Shown piece after piece: positions 22,795-34,700 of a stretch of 64,000 nucleotides of DNA. Origin of the DNA: Vitrella brassicaformis CCMP3155 (lineage: Eukaryota; Protista; Chromerida); NCBI GenBank assembly GCA_001179505.1, contig CDMY01000336.1, positions 310,001-374,000 on the forward strand, given 5' to 3'. The notes under the pieces are model-generated. The model made no database searches. It was not told the origin of the DNA and worked only from the letters and a program-made list of their open reading frames with translations. Position 1 is the stretch's first letter; every line of letters begins with the position of its first letter. Position numbers and translations under genes: made by a program.

Positions 22795-25122
22795 ATGTCG
22801 GAGCCTTCCGACACAGGAGAGCCATCCTCTCCACAGACATTGAGCCACGCGTGGCGGACTTGTCTGTTCCAAACCACGGGCATACGCGTCTCCCCCTCGT
22901 CTCTCATGTGCAAGAGTGGCCAGGCAGCGTCTGGCAAGCAAATCGTGCACAAGATTGACACCTGGCTCCAGACGAGGACCCACTGCAGAGGGCTGGCGGA
23001 CAACCACCGTGACTCGGAAGGAGGGCTGTCAGTGGAGGAGCAAAGTCTGGCGTGGTCAAGTGGTGCTGCGAAGCTGAGGGAGATGGCCAACACGATGGGA
23101 TCTGCGAATCCGCTGCTGTGCAGTGAAGCGTTTCTTTTGCACTACTTCAATGACCTTTGCTTCAGGTGCGGGAGACCACATAATTCTGACGAGACACTTG
23201 TCCGCCCTTGTTTTTTGTCACCAGGGGCTGTCACATTGTGGAGATGGACTCCTTCCTCAGCAGCTTTCAGAACCTCAAGACACTCAACTTGTCACAGGTC
23301 TGCATTCTTTGAGCTCAGCATCCTGCGTGTGGCGCTATTCTGCCTTTTGTACGCCGTTTGTCAGAACAGAATACGTGTGATCCGTCATCTGCCGCCCAAG
23401 CTGGAGCTGCTCGACATATATGGCAACGAAATTGCCTCAATCAGCAACGGCTTGAAATGTCCTGCACCCTCTCTGCTTCATCTTGGCATGGGCTCCAACT
23501 GTGTCGTAGAGGCTGGCATCCAAGGTATTGCGGCCATCTTCCCGAATCTGATCTCTCTCGATCTTTCATTCAACCTCCTTGCCGACTCATGCGTCACTCT
23601 GGAGTATCTCAGCGGCCTCACACAACTGTGCCACCTCTATCTGCTCGGCAATCCATTGACCCTTCACCCCCACTACCGCATGTGCTCTATCGTCATGATG
23701 CCATCCCTGATGCAGCTGGAGGAGGCCCCCGTTACAGCGGCAGAAAAAGAGGCGGCTGTTGCTATGTTCTTTCCCAGTATGGTTGGCAGAAAGCTAGAGA
23801 CCATTGACAGAGAGAAGCTGCCGCCAATGGTGCTGCCGAACGAGTGGTGAGGATCAACGCAGAGTAACAGAAAAGGGGGGCTACGCTGATCTTGTTTTCT
23901 AGGGAGGTGCCCTTTCGGATCGAGATTTCAAAGATTGGAGGTCTGAAGAAACTTGTGACCCATTTGTTGAAGCGTCGGGCGAAAGAAGAGGCGGACCATG
24001 CTGAGAAGGAGCGGAAGCTGAAGGCACTGAAGGCACCTGTGCCTTCATCAGAGCAGCAAGAGGCCGAGGCTCTGGGTGAAGAGAACGAAGAGAGCAAGCA
24101 ACAGCAGCAGGAAGAGCAAGCACCACCCGCAGAAGATGGTGCGGCCAGCCTAGATGAAAAGGTGGGTCCAAGTCAACCTTATGGCATGTATCGACGCTTG
24201 ACCATCAGTTCATACTCGGCTGACGTGCAGGCCAAAGCCTTGTTGGAAGCCACATTGTTCCGCTGGGAGCTGTCGGTGCCAGATGCCGTAAAGCTGCCCC
24301 AGGATGAGCCAGCTACAGGAGCGCCCGAGGGTGAAGATGAAGCTCAGGCAGTACCGAAGGCTCCGCGCCCCATCTTCCGCAGAGACATGGACGAGTCACG
24401 TGATACCACCAGTGAGTTGTGGCTGCTGGGGGAGAACACATTCCAACTAGAGCTACCGGTAGGAGCACGCTAGTACTCATCTCGGTATGCGACAAAAAAG
24501 AAAAGAATGAATAGGCGGATTTTTATTGTTCAGGCCGATGAAGGGCAACCTGACTTTGTCCTCGACCCGCCCCATCAGCTGCACTTCACTGCATTGGTGG
24601 ACACATCCGATGGCCGGCGGCTTAGCCTCCGCAACTACCTTATGTGTGGATGTCGTCTCCGTCTCGTCATGGAGCCGCCAGCCCCTGAAGCGGTAGAAGA
24701 AGGCGACGAGCAACAAAAAGAGAACGGAGAAGAGAAGCCTGCGGATGCTCCGGCCGCAGAGGAGACACCGGAACAGAGGAGGGATCGCATCTTCGCGGCC
24801 ACCCATGTGCCACTGGACTCGTTGATAGCACGGTCCTTCCCTCCTTCCCGGTCACTTGGCGATCAGCCACCTGAAAGCACAACAGGTCAAGAACCCACAT
24901 CATGTATTGACAAGAGAGACATGTCAAATCTGTTGCATCACGTCATTTTCAGGTGTGCTGCAGCAGCCACTGTGCCCGGGCGACAGCGAGGACGTTGCTG
25001 AGCTTATCGCCCCCAGGCCGAAGGAGAGGACGAGACACGTTGCGGGGTCAGGGGCTGTGTGGGTGTGTGGGACCATGTGGAGTGCAGTGGAGAGACAAGA
25101 AGAGGATGGCAACGAAGAATGA
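22795..25122 (+). CDS. LRRC43: Leucine-rich repeat protein, LRRC43-like
   Basis: After splicing: FQNLKTLNLSQNRIRVIRHLPPKLELLDIYGNEIASI...SLLHLGMGSNCV...PNLISLDLSFNLL...LTQLCHLYLLGNPLTLHPHYR...LEEAPVTAAEK. This is the SDS22-like LRR plus LRR-cap order I recall for LRRC43. Acidic C-terminal region; TGA at 25120-25122. Confidence 0.65.
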
Positions 25123-25262
25123 CATGATGATGAAGGAATACACTCATATGGACGCGGATGACTCATAAGACAACACAATGTTCATGTCCTATTTTCCTTT
25201 GTTCCTTTCGTCCTATCTTGTTCCCTCTCAATCACCAACGGCATTCTGGCGAGACCATCCCA

Positions 25263-26007
25263 CTAATCTACCTCATCATCATCCACTAGTGGCGAAGACC
25301 TTCTCTCCGACGCGTTACCACCCTTCACTTCTTGCTGAGATGTCCTAGGAGATTTCACATCTTGTGACTGGAGATGCGCGGCCTTCAACCGATGCTCATA
25401 ATGCAGCGGCACCTTTGCGAGCCCATTTCCTTGCCGCTCCTCTCCGCAAGCAGCCGTGCTGTTCTTCCTTGCTGGTTGCTGCGTTTCCTGCGAGGCAGGG
25501 GTGTGAGATTTCTTTGAGGACGTCTCTTGTGAGGTGAGAGCTTTCTTCTTTTCTGACACACACAGACCAAGAGTGTAGGCTTACAGTTGCCCCTGCATGA
25601 ATTCCGTCTCACCGGTGCCAGTTGATGGAAAGGTCAGATCAGCCACGACACTCTTCAGCTTCCGCTCGGCAAGCTCGGCCCTCTCCCGTGCCTGTCTCAA
25701 CGCTAAGAACAGCCCGCCTCCATCGAAATGGCGCCTCACTTCGTCTCTAATGACAGCCTTCAGTGTCTCGAGGATGCCTGTACTCACAAGACTTCGCAGT
25801 GTCTGCTGGGCTGAAGCCCCTCCGTCGGAAGTCGACAGGTTTCGCTGAAGTGAAGGAGGCGGCCTTGCCTTTCTGCAATGATGACAGGGTTCCGATGCCG
25901 GCGAGGATCTCGATGGCGTCTTCATTCTCGTGATTTCGACTGTCTTCATCCTCCGGTGGGGCTGCAATGTTTCCGGCGGATGGCCGGTCCTGGAGACGCC
26001 TTTCCAT
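25263..26007 (-). CDS. Small hypothetical protein (3 exons, short coiled coil)
   Basis: A phase-consistent model MERRLQDRPSAG...TAKS|SLRQARERAELAERKLKSVV...GT|EKKKALTSQE...DDDEVD* uses gtgagt and gtgaga donors. No recognisable domain. Confidence 0.45.
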
Positions 26008-26137
26008 CCTTAATTGTAGGCTGATGATAGGCAGGACGTAGACAACTTGCATCCCGAGCAGGCACAGCTTCATCGACCCGTGAGACGGGGGGCCATAGCT
26101 CGCAGCCACGAGGCCCCCCGGATGGCGGAGAGGAGCC

Positions 26138-29100
26138 ATGTGCCTGCTCGTTTTCACTTGTTTCGTTGCGCTGTTGGCGCCCGGCGCTGCTGCAGAGTGG
26201 AGCGAGGTGACACGCCGGCATCCTGCGTGGCTGACGACACCCATTCCAGCCATTCCCTACCCGAAGACGTGGCTGTCCATCGGCGTGTGGCTTTTCAATG
26301 GCAACAGGGAGAAGGACTTCACTGAAACCGTCGTCGAAAAGGTCAGACTCTCTCAGGACGTCTGATGCCCGGACGGCTCCGCCGGCATTTTGTCTTGTCT
26401 ATGTACGTGCAGGCCCTGTCTTTCTATGTGGACAGGCTGAACAACGAATATGGCGGGATACGAGTGGGCGAAATGACGCTGAGAGTGTGCCTTGTGCCGT
26501 TCTACTCTTCTGACCCCTCCCGGGTGCCTCATGCCTTGCTTGAAGCCATGGAGACGCGTCGCATCGACTTGGTCTACGTCTCTCACCCCTTTGAGCAGCT
26601 ACACACAGCATTTGGGGCTCTTGACGGGCTCAAGATGATATCCCTGTGGCCATTCAGCGGAGGCTTCGCCGGAAAATTCAAGTATCCGATCACGACGTCA
26701 ATAGGGCTGCAGCCCTACGCAGACGTCTTTGCCAGTGTCGCAGAGAGAGAAGGGACTCAGAAGGTCCATGAGCAAACATGAAAAGAAAGGGAGGACCACG
26801 TGGAACACAAAATGTGTGTTTTCCTCTTCTTGTAGGTTGGATTAATTTGGAAAGATGGCGACGAATACGGCACTGAGGCGGCTCTGCACCGCTTGATGCG
26901 AGAAGCCTTCAAGGAGCGCAACATAACCATCGTCCTGGAAAAAAGGATGCCCCCGAGACCATCACCCCCCAGAGGGCTCGAGAGATCGTGCGGCTAGCCA
27001 AGAAGAGGGGCGTCGAGGTCTTGTGCAGCCTCCAAGACGGTGCTGCCGAGATCGTGTCGGCAATGGAGAGAGAAGAGCTGGACCTCCAGGCCCTTTTTTG
27101 GTTTGCGCTGCCGGCTCAGCCGCACATCTGGCAGCCCCTTGGCAGACGCGGCGACTATGTGATCTTTCCGGCACAGTGGCACCCGACGGTTGTATATGAC
27201 GATCCTGTGGTCAACTCGACGGCGCTGCTCGAGGACTGGCGCGCGTGTTTTGACACCGATACTGACATTTCGTACGTCCAAGCGATGGCCTTGCTCCCAC
27301 TACACTTCCTCAAGCTGACGATGGAGATGCTCAATGTGTGGACAGACGACCCCATTGTCAACGCGGTGGGTCGGCTCGGTGCAGAGAAGTGACACGATGC
27401 GGGTATACGCAGGTTTGATTTGGGTTGGTTTGCCTGTTGCTAGGATCGTTTATTGTGGGAGCTGTCTCGCAACGAGGTCCCCACTTTCATGGGCCCCGTA
27501 CGGTTGGATCGCTACAACCGCAATAGCGGCACGTCAGCTGTTCTCGTGCAGCAACAGAACCAAAAGCAGGTGGGTGGGCTACTTTGGCGTCCATCTGGAT
27601 GGACTTGGTGATATTCTGTCTCCAATCTTCCTTGACACAAACAGCATGCCGTGCTGCCGGTTGAATCAGCAAGCAGTGAGCTAGTGTGGCCGCTGCCCAC
27701 GTGGGAGGTGAAGAGGGGCTGTCCGCCGGGCAAGTACATCCACGAGGCAAGAGAATGCCTCCCGTGTCCACCCAACTCCTTCAGCGTCTCAGTCAATGCC
27801 GAGAGATGCTCACTCTGTCCACTCGGTGAGACACAAAGAGGAATGATGCAGCTAAGCAAGGAGACACGGTGACTTTTGGCGTTTTTGACTCGTTCAGGCC
27901 ACGGCCAGCCCCGGGAAGGACAAACGAAATGTGTCATGTGTGCATTTGGATATGGGAATATCGGTGGAACGCTTGATGGATGCCGCCCCTGCTTGCGAGG
28001 CTCTTATTCTGACTTCTACGGCACTTGCATCTGTCTCAAGTGCGACCCGGGGACCTACGCAGACACCGAGGCTTCCATTGCATGCACACGTTGCCCTGAG
28101 GGAGAAACCACTCTCGCAGAAGGATCCGGTCGTCCGAGCGACTGCACATGCCAGTCGGGCTTTTATCAGCAGCCTGCCGCGAACATTTCGTCTATTGCTG
28201 ACCCCCGTCGCCTGGATGCAGGAATGCAGGCGGCGCTAGCCCTGGAGAACAGCACAGAGCACCTGGTGCGCGGCAGGTGTGCTCCTTGCCCCGATGGCTG
28301 CAGCTGCCCAGGCAAGCTGAGAGCCGACGGGAGATCGATCGATCACCTCATTCATGTCCAGTTCCCGGCACACTGGCCTGTGTGTCGCTGCTTCTGCAGG
28401 TGGCGAAAAACCACCGAGCATTCTTCCGGGCTACTGGCTCCCCCCGCCGAGCTCTATGGATCGAGTCCACCTGATTGATAAGCAGATGGAGCAAGAGATC
28501 ACCGACCTGCCTTCATTACCGGGCTTCGAGCCCAGATCGGTGAATGCCAGCACGCCACCAGCGAGCGAGGTGAATGTGTCGGATGGCGTCGTCGCGGACC
28601 CTGTCGCCCTGTCGTACGAGGCCGACACCGCGGCCCAGCTGCTAACGCTATCGACATTCAGCAACGTATCAGCTGTGGCGGCGTCGCTGCCGTTTCGCGT
28701 CAATCCCACTCTTCTGCCCGACACTGCGGCAAACGATACAGAAGAAGACGACACCAACGAGAGAGGCATGGACATTCTGCTGTCCTTGAGGCGGCACCTT
28801 CCTTTCAAGTGCGTGCCACCTTCATCGTGCCCTGGCGGAGATGCCGGCGCCTGTGCCGCCAATCGGGAGGGGCTGGTATGCGGCAGGTGCTCGAAAGGCA
28901 GATTCGACAGCAGAAGAGAGGATGGTTCTGTATGTCACCCTTGTACTTTTCGCCTGTCCTTCCCTCTGGTGGGTCACAGCACGGGGCGGGCCGACCGCCC
29001 AGCCCATACCGTCTCGCGACCATCTCTGTACTTGCCTCTCAGGCCGTTTTCCTACTGCTCTGCGTCATGTTGCCCTGCGCTGCTCTGCTGGTGAGGCCAA

Positions 29101-31167
29101 CACGAATTGCCACAAACACATGAATTTTTCCGCTTCCCTGCCACAGATTTGGTTTGCTAATGGCCAAGTGTGGCGAAACGGCAACTCAGTATCATTCCTG
29201 TTCACCTCGTTCCAGCAGCTCGGCATGGTCACCTCTGTGTGCGCCGCCCTGCCCTTCTCGGTTGCGCGAGTCTTTAGTCTCTTCCGTTTGATGCTCTTTG
29301 ATGGCTCGCCCGTCGGCCTGTGTCTCGCCTGCCATGGGCTGGATACTTTTCAGTCGCAACACAATTTCTTACTATCTATGCCGCTGTTCCTTGTGGCGGC
29401 CCTGGTGATCATCTATGCGGCGTCGCAGGTCTGAGTGAGACGCTGGGAGTGAGGAAGACGCAGATGATGCTCGGCTGTGTCCATTGCAGGTGCTTCATAG
29501 GCGCGAGAGTGGGGAGTGGCGGCTGGTGCTCCTGGGACGGTGCCTTGTGCTGCGCCCACTGACCATACACACGTGAGTGCCACCAGCGGACAGACCTAAA
29601 TCACATTTGTCACATTGGTGGACTGACAGGTGCTGGCGTCTCTCATCCTGATGTTCCACATGCTCATGATTACCCTTGCCCGGATCGCCCTCATCCCATT
29701 CGACTGTTATAAGCACCCCAACGGCTACTCGTCTGTCCGCGAGTTCCCCCACGTCCTTTGTGGCCTCCATGGGGAGGCGGCCATCTGGCGGCAGCACCTG
29801 TGGGTGTCGTACATCGGCCTGGGGGCTTATTGCGGGTCGGTTGTCATTATGACGACACGGTTTGCTCTCGCCGCAAACAGAAGGGGCGACGAAACGGGTA
29901 CCGACATTTGCACATCCGCGTCACTGTCTGGCTCACGTGCCTGTGTTGCTGCGATTTTCAGGATTCAAGGAGGTCTACGGTCACTTCATGGACAAGTTTG
30001 CAGGTGGCAAGTATTGGTGGTCCGTCGTATGGATGGCGCGCAACCTTTCGCTGGCCCTCACAGTGACGCTGCCTCACGGCAGCATCCAGAAGGTGTTTGT
30101 GGCTTCGCTGACGACGGTCTATCTGGTGCTGCTCATATTTGTCTTGCCGTGGAAGAGGCCCACGGATGTGTACGTGGACGGGTCGACCAACGCCATATAC
30201 CTACACATTCTGCTGATCAGTGGCCTCAGCTCACAGGGAGATCACAAAAACGAGCAACAGGGAAAGATGCTCGGTGAGCCGGGACGGAGAGGATCCCACA
30301 GAGACATACATCCATGCACGCGATGGATGCATAACGCAACGCGTGTGTTGGGATTTCTGTGTATCCCAGTTGTCCTTTTGACGGTGTCGGTGGTTCTCAT
30401 GCAAGGCATTATCCTCGGGCGGCTCGCATTGGTAAGGGTGAAAAGGCGGACAACCACATGCTACATGCGCATACTAACATCGTGTCTCTGACCTTCTTTT
30501 GGAACAGAGTGGCTTGGCCAAGTGCCGTGGTTTGCGACAACGCAGCAAACAGATTACTCAGTCCGACACATCCCTCGACGTCACAAACGATACCATAGGC
30601 CCCTACGACCCACAAGAGACACAAGAGAATCCTCTTGAAGAAATGACGACTCATGATAAGGGCAAGTTGAAGGCAGGCCGCCGGTCCCAGTCAGTGAGGA
30701 GTTTCGCCACTACCACCTGCACACGGCACGGCAGCAGCAGCAGCAGCACCTCGCTACTCCTGGCTCCCGCAGACAGCATGCCATGCAGCAGCAAGGAGTG
30801 CGACACGGATCTGGCTCAGCCACCCGCTGCGGCGGAGGCCACAGTTGGCCAGCAGCAGCCACTGTCACTAGCGCAGAGGTCCGAGAGCCCATCTTCCTGC
30901 TCATCGTCTTCATCGTCGGGCAACGAGGATGAGATCGATGTTGTCATCCCGCCTCCCATCGTCACACCACCATCAGACGAATGTCCACTGGCACGGGCAG
31001 ACTCAGCCGATGTGTGTGAGGCTGAGGACAACGAGCCGCCGGCTCAGGCCAACAGGCCTTGGCTCACTGTGGTTGGGGAGGTCCGCTTGATGGCCTCTCG
31101 CATACCCAGCATGACGCCATCGACGGCCGCTGATTCCACTGGAGCGGCCAGAACACAAGACGCTTGA
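26138..31167 (+). CDS. Secreted-type receptor-like membrane protein: periplasmic-binding-protein (Venus flytrap)-like ectodomain, Cys-rich (GCC2/GCC3, ephrin-receptor-like) repeats and about 8-9 TM helices
   Basis: Signal peptide MCLLVFTCFVALLAPGAAA. PBP1/LivJ-like motifs VDRLNNEYGGIRVG, KVGLIWKDGDEYG, DYVIFPAQWHP and TFMGPVRLDRYNRN. Cys-rich repeats CPPGKY...CLPCPPNSF, CRPCLRGSYS, CLKCDPGTY, CTRCPEGETT...SDCTCQSGFY, CPGG...PGYW and CAANREGLVCGRCSKG. Hydrophobic helices from ~29040 to ~30430 with FxxKYWWxVV and LPWK motifs. Ser-rich tail to 31167. Confidence 0.75.
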
Positions 31168-31789
31168 ATGAATAGAAAAACCCCCGGCTGCAGTGTGTGT
31201 GCGTGTGCAATTTTGCATCTCTGTTGCCCGACATTCGGACGTTGTGTGTGTCTCGGTTGCGAGAATCGACTTTTTGTCCGTGGCTGTGCATTCTGTATGT
31301 GCAAGGCAACAGCCTCTGATAGAGAGGCTGCAGTTCCTTCCTTCTGTTTCTCGGGAGGGAAGGAGGCATGCGGGCGGGGAGTTCTTATTACTCCTGTGTG
31401 TGTGTGTGGTGCTGATGCGACTCGACCAAACGCGATGCAGACTTCTGGCTGCATGAGACAGCGTCTTGACATTTTCTCAAATGTGCAGCAAGCAGCGTCA
31501 AGCTGCTGTGCTTCATCCAGTGCTATTTCGCTGCCTGGTGGGCGAAAAGCTATCTTCTGTGTCCGTACGCACAAGGGGCATGTATTGTTCGCCAGAGTGT
31601 ACTAAGCAAGTCTGTCTGTCTGTCTGTCTGCCATGATTGATCGTGGACATGCAATGCATCGCAACCAACATATCCTATTCCATCACACCGACCAAATGCC
31701 CGGCGAACAGCGATCCACACAACAAAGATGGGACAAATAAAAACACGTATACATGCGAATGTCGAGACCGGTGTCTCTCCAAGTCCTGC

Positions 31790-34700
31790 CTATCGCTCGG
31801 TCACCCATGCCCTTCTCGATGTCGCTTCATCCTTTTCGTCCTTGTCCGCCGCATCAGCCGACAGCGGCAGCTCCTCGAGCCCCAGGGACTTCCTTAGTTG
31901 CCTAATGTCCTCACTGGCAGCGGACGATGGTGCCGATGAAGGGAATGAAGGGGGAGGAGGCCTCACTGGCCTCAGAGCAAGCTGCGGACGGGGAGGGGGC
32001 GGGGGCAAAGAGGGCGGCCCCGGTGGTAGGGCCCTTGGCTCTTGGACTGGTAGGGGTGGGCCGGGCGCTGCCACTGGTGGCTGAGGAGAAGGCTGTTGAG
32101 GCTCTGTCTCGTCGACATGCCGTTGGTCTTGTTCCTGTAGCGGCTGAGCAGCTTCAGCCTCTGGCACTGGCATTGGTGGTGTCTCGTCCACATGTTGCTG
32201 CTCTTGTTCCTGGCCTTGTTCTTGCTCTTGGTCCTCCTCTTCTTGTTGGTCGGCTGTTGGCTTATCGTCGGGTGTGTGTGTCTCCTGCGGTTGGCCCTGG
32301 AGTACGGGCATGGGGGGCGGGTTAGGGAGAGGGGGAAGCAAGGCCAGGGGCGGAAAGGGGGGCAAAGGTGGGAGAGACGGCAGCGGGGGAAAGGGGAGCA
32401 GTCCACCCATCGGCAAGGGAGGGGCCTCGCCTGGCGGTGGAGGAGCTGCTGACGGGGCTACCGGTGGCGGGGGAGGTGCTGGCACCTCTCGCATGCCGCC
32501 CTTGTCTGTCCGTCTTGGTTCAAAGCGGCTTTCCTCTCTAGGGCGGAATAATGCCGTAATCAGCTTGCCGAATGGCGACTCCCCCTTCTTGCTCTCGCCC
32601 AGTGGGGACTCTCTTCTACCCAGCTCGATGCGCCGCGCCTACCAGCACGGAGACAAGATTCACTGTGCATGCAGTCACATGAGCGCATCGTTTTCAACAA
32701 CTCACCACGAAGTCTCCACGCTTGTGCTGGCGCCTCAGTTCGAAGCGCTTGATCTCTGCTACAGTGACGAGTATGGCGCGAAGGACATCGAGGACCAAAG
32801 AGACAAGACAAAACCCGACCACACTCGCGTACAGCCTGATGATGCATGCAGTGGAAAGACAAAAATGAGACGCGAAGAATGCAACGTGCAAGAGATATGT
32901 TGACCATGATGACTCTTCCTCAGTGCTGAATTTGGTGCCGTATGTGAGCACAATCACGGTGGCCGCCGTCATGAAAGTCGTGGATGCGATATACGGAAGC
33001 AACACAACGATAGAGTACACCTGAGGCCAAACAGCGCAGGTGAACAACCGCGCCCCCGTCCCCTTTCACGCACTCACCGTGGAGGGCACAGGTTTCCTGG
33101 TGGCGGCCATGCGTGTCAGTTCTTCCATCTGCAGCCGCTGGTGCTCCTTTTGCACCCTGTCCAGGTACACGCTCCTCACCCGCCGCACAAAGACGTCATC
33201 CTCTTCGCCGGGTGGGGGCGGGGGAGGGGGCTGCATGGGCGTCGCTAAGGGTGGCACAGGAATCTACATCACACATATGGAGAGCAACAGACATGCCATC
33301 CATCCATCGATCGATCCAGCATCTGTCTCACCGTGCCAGCTATGAATGGCGCTGTGCCGGTGCTTATGAAGGCGCTCCCGACTGCCGGCGACATGCCTCC
33401 TCCCCCGTAGTAAATCGGTGGGCTTGCACTCGACATCATCTTCTGCATTGCCCCCGACCCACCTGGACTGTATCCGCCGTAGACAGGCGGCAGAGGGGGC
33501 GGCAGGGGGCGGAAAATGGGAGGGAGAGAGGGAGGGCCGACAGGTGGTGGGGATGGCTGTGCTGGCTGGGAGGGTATCTCATCCACATTGACCATCCCTG
33601 GTAGCGGGGGTGGCGGCATGCTGTGTGTCTCCTGTGCCTCCCTGTCATGCACGTCTTTGGACGGCACTGGGGTCGCCAGCCGATCTTCCTCAGCCACATG
33701 GGGCGTCGTCAATTCCGCGCTGGGAGGCGCCTCGGCAGACGATGGTGGCTGCTCGTCAGTGGCTGACTTGTTGGTATCGTCTTGGCCAGGTGAGGGCATG
33801 GGCAGTGGGGGCAGTGGGGGCAGTGGTGGCCCTCGTGGCCCACCCTCAGGCGCACTTGGCAATGGAGGCAGTGACGGCGGGCGCCCCATCGGCCGCATCG
33901 GTGGCGGTGGTGGCGGTGGAGGGGGCATGCTCCTTGTTGGTGATGTGGCTCGTGGCGGGGGTGCGATAGGGGGAAGTGGCCCTAGGCTGGACATGAGGGA
34001 AGGGGATGCGATGGATGGCGGTGGGTGCTTGGGGGGAGGCGGTCTGAAGTCAGGGTGGGATGGGGGAGGCGATGGTAATGTCAGCGACTTCATCCCTACG
34101 CACACAATACACACGATGGAAGAACGGGCAAACTGTCGGCCCTCCTTCCTGCAAACGAACCTGCGACAGGGATTTGCACTCCCTGCATGACCAGGGGCAC
34201 AGGTCCGCTGCCGCCCAGCGATGGCGGCATCGGCATCATGGGCAGAGGGGGCGGTGGGGGGACGGGAGGGCTGCCAGGCTTGCCGGCCTCGCCAACGCCC
34301 GAGAACATCGATATGGACGGCTTGAAGTAGTGAATGACGTCACCGCCGGACGGGGCTTGGCCCCGATACTTGGGGGCCTTGTGGACGACGGGGTGCGGCC
34401 GGCGGGCAAACATCAACCCAAAACCCACGAAAATGGGAAATATGAGCAGGCCAGACAGAAGGCCTGAGACACAGACATATGGAGTGGGGAAGTGGACAAC
34501 AGATCAACGTATGTATGTCCCCGAGCAGGCGCACCGGGAGTGAAGAAGTCCGAAGCGACGAGCAGCTTTCGGCTGTACAGAACGGCGTTGAAGGCCATGA
34601 TGCCAACCACACACACACCCAGACACACCAACCGCTGAGGGCGGGAATAAATCTGACAACCGAAGAAACAGAGATATGGGCCGGTGAGTTGATCATCGGT

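Noticed and set aside
26137-26140. Start codons of two divergent ORFs overlapping in one CATG
   Set aside because: The minus-strand gene more plausibly starts at 26007 (MERRLQ), after an AT-rich leader. The upstream extension is probably an incidental open frame.
31927-34190. Long Gly-rich plus-strand ORFs (31927-32325, 32274-32903, 33516-34190)
   Set aside because: They are antisense shadows of the polyproline exons of the polycystin-like gene; GC-rich sequence lacks stops in several frames.
32000-34300. Polyproline runs suggesting a formin (FH1)
   Set aside because: No FH2 domain follows. The runs lie between and after TM helices of the polycystin-like protein.
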